In this document: piece after piece, positions 63,134 to 64,000 of the stretch
How the letters are laid out: each line of letters begins with the position of its first letter
Numbering within the stretch: position 1 is the stretch's first letter
Source of the DNA: Desulfuromonas sp.
GTDB taxonomy: Bacteria > Desulfobacterota > Desulfuromonadia > Desulfuromonadales > BM515
Direction: 5' to 3'
Assembly: GCA_002869635.1 (NCBI GenBank)
Contig: PKUF01000121.1
Coordinates: 26,650 to 90,649 of the forward strand
DNA: 64,000 bases
Made by a program: the position numbers and the translations under genes
Notes under the pieces: model-generated
Seen by the model: the letters and a program-made list of their open reading frames with translations, nothing else
Told to the model about the DNA's origin: nothing
Database searches by the model: none

Positions 63134-63868
63134 ATGAAACACCAGATGGCAATGACCAAGAACATGCGACGTTTCCTCAACGTCGTCGACGAGCTGATGA
63201 ACCGCCCTCCCGGTACTGAGGGGATGGGACTTCTCTGGGGAAAGCCGGGGCAGGGAAAATCGACCTCGGTCGCCTACGCCTGCAACGCCATGGACGGTGT
63301 CTTCGTCCGCGCCATCGGCAGCTGGACCGTCACCAGCATGCTCGGCGAGATCTCGGTCGAGCTTGGCGGCAAGCGTCAGCTGCGCCGGGCCGACATGATC
63401 CACTACATCGTCGAACAGCTCGCTGCCAACCCTCGCCCGGTCTTCATTGATGAAGCCGACTATCTTTTCCAGCAGGTGCAGATGATCGATTCCCTACGCG
63501 ACATCTACGACCTCTCGCGCGCCCCGGTGATCCTCATCGGCATGGAAGACATCGCCCGCACCCTGCAGAACAACGGTCGCTTCGCCCGCCGCATCACCCA
63601 ATGGGTCGAGTTCGAAGGGATCGACCTCGCCGACGCCCGCATTGTTGCCGATACCTGCTGCGAGGTCGGCATCGATGACGACCTGCTGCGCTACATCCAC
63701 GACGAGAGTAGCGGCAACATTGGCCGCCAGATCGTCGCCCTCACCAAGGTAGAGCGTATGGCCAAGGCCAGCGGGCTTGCCAGTGTCGGCCGCGACGACT
63801 GGGGCGACCGTACCCTCTTCTACGATCAGCCGGTCTTTAGCAGCCGCAAATCGAAGAGGGGAGAGTAG
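63134..63868 (+). CDS. MuB-like AAA+ transposition ATPase
   Basis: Walker A GKPGQGKST. Walker B VFIDEADYL. Positioned directly after the transposase, as in Mu. Confidence 0.8.
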   Translation: MKHQMAMTKNMRRFLNVVDELMNRPPGTEGMGLLWGKPGQGKSTSVAYACNAMDGVFVRAIGSWTVTSMLGEISVELGGKRQLRRADMIHYIVEQLAANPRPVFIDEADYLFQQVQMIDSLRDIYDLSRAPVILIGMEDIARTLQNNGRFARRITQWVEFEGIDLADARIVADTCCEVGIDDDLLRYIHDESSGNIGRQIVALTKVERMAKASGLASVGRDDWGDRTLFYDQPVFSSRKSKRGE

Positions 63869-63872
63869 TCAC

Positions 63873-64000
63873 ATGCCAGGAATTCAGGGAATGGCCCACA
63901 AACGGGGGAGGGGGGGAGCCGTCCGCCGCAAGATGTGGCAGTCCATGCGCATCATTCGCAGATTCACCATTCCTGACATCGTCCGCACCGCGCCCGGAAC
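63873..64000 (+). CDS. Hypothetical prophage early protein (5' part; runs off the window)
   Basis: My own translation: MPGIQGMAHKRGRGGAVRRKMWQSMRIIRRFTIPDIVRTAPG... The ATG lies 5 nt after the MuB-like stop. Confidence 0.4.
   Translation, partial: MPGIQGMAHKRGRGGAVRRKMWQSMRIIRRFTIPDIVRTAPG

Larger units (their letters stand above)
57174..64000 (+). mobile_element. Mu-like transposable prophage, left part (truncated by the window end); left boundary provisional
   Basis: The gene order of repressor (leftward), ner, A and B matches the Mu early region. The left end is proposed from the triple-repeat array at 57179-57338. The right end is not in the window. Confidence 0.6.

Noticed and set aside
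1-64000. Search for rRNA, tRNA, tmRNA-like genes and CRISPR arrays
   Set aside because: No cloverleaf-like or rRNA-like segment and no regularly spaced direct-repeat array was seen in any intergenic region. This was visual inspection only. tRNAscan or CRISPR finders were not run.

Overview
64-kb chromosomal window from a high-GC bacterium that looks like a metal-respiring Desulfuromonadales/Geobacter-type deltaproteobacterium. The taxonomy is inferred from gene content only: a porin-cytochrome conduit, multihaem cytochromes, a sigma-54 activator, and many REC/PilZ/MshEN signalling proteins. Positions 1-55,982 hold ordinary core, metabolic and signalling genes: nikR-REC-cbiQO; class III ribonucleotide reductase nrdD/nrdG, with the glycyl-radical tail encoded as a separate small ORF after an in-frame TGA; a PBP+MCP pair; an EF-G paralogue; rdgC; a fused membrane/spermidine-synthase protein; hypABCDE; prmA-rsmE; a ppsR-like gene; an OmpR/HK pair; rnd; a sigma-54 activator; a three-gene porin-cytochrome (Pcc-type) cluster; glgP; patatin + B12-radical-SAM; an FKBP isomerase; and greB. 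Directly after greB (55,983) the composition drops to a low-GC accessory segment. From 59,733 the high-GC early region of a Mu-like transposable prophage follows (CI/S24-type repressor, Ner-like protein, MuA-like DDE transposase, MuB-like ATPase) and runs off the window. The most interesting locus is a low-GC two-gene cassette: an SF2 DEAH helicase (57,839-59,695) plus a translationally coupled 144-aa ORF (57,408-57,842). It lies directly downstream of the prophage repressor gene and appears co-transcribed with it. On its other side is an attL-like array of three GGTWTGGCWCTA repeats with Mu L1-L2-L3-like spacing. I read it as a candidate lysogeny-expressed, uncharacterised anti-phage/exclusion module. 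No rRNA, tRNA or CRISPR array was recognised. All functional calls rest on motif recognition in the supplied translations and on reading the DNA by eye; no database search or folding program could be run.
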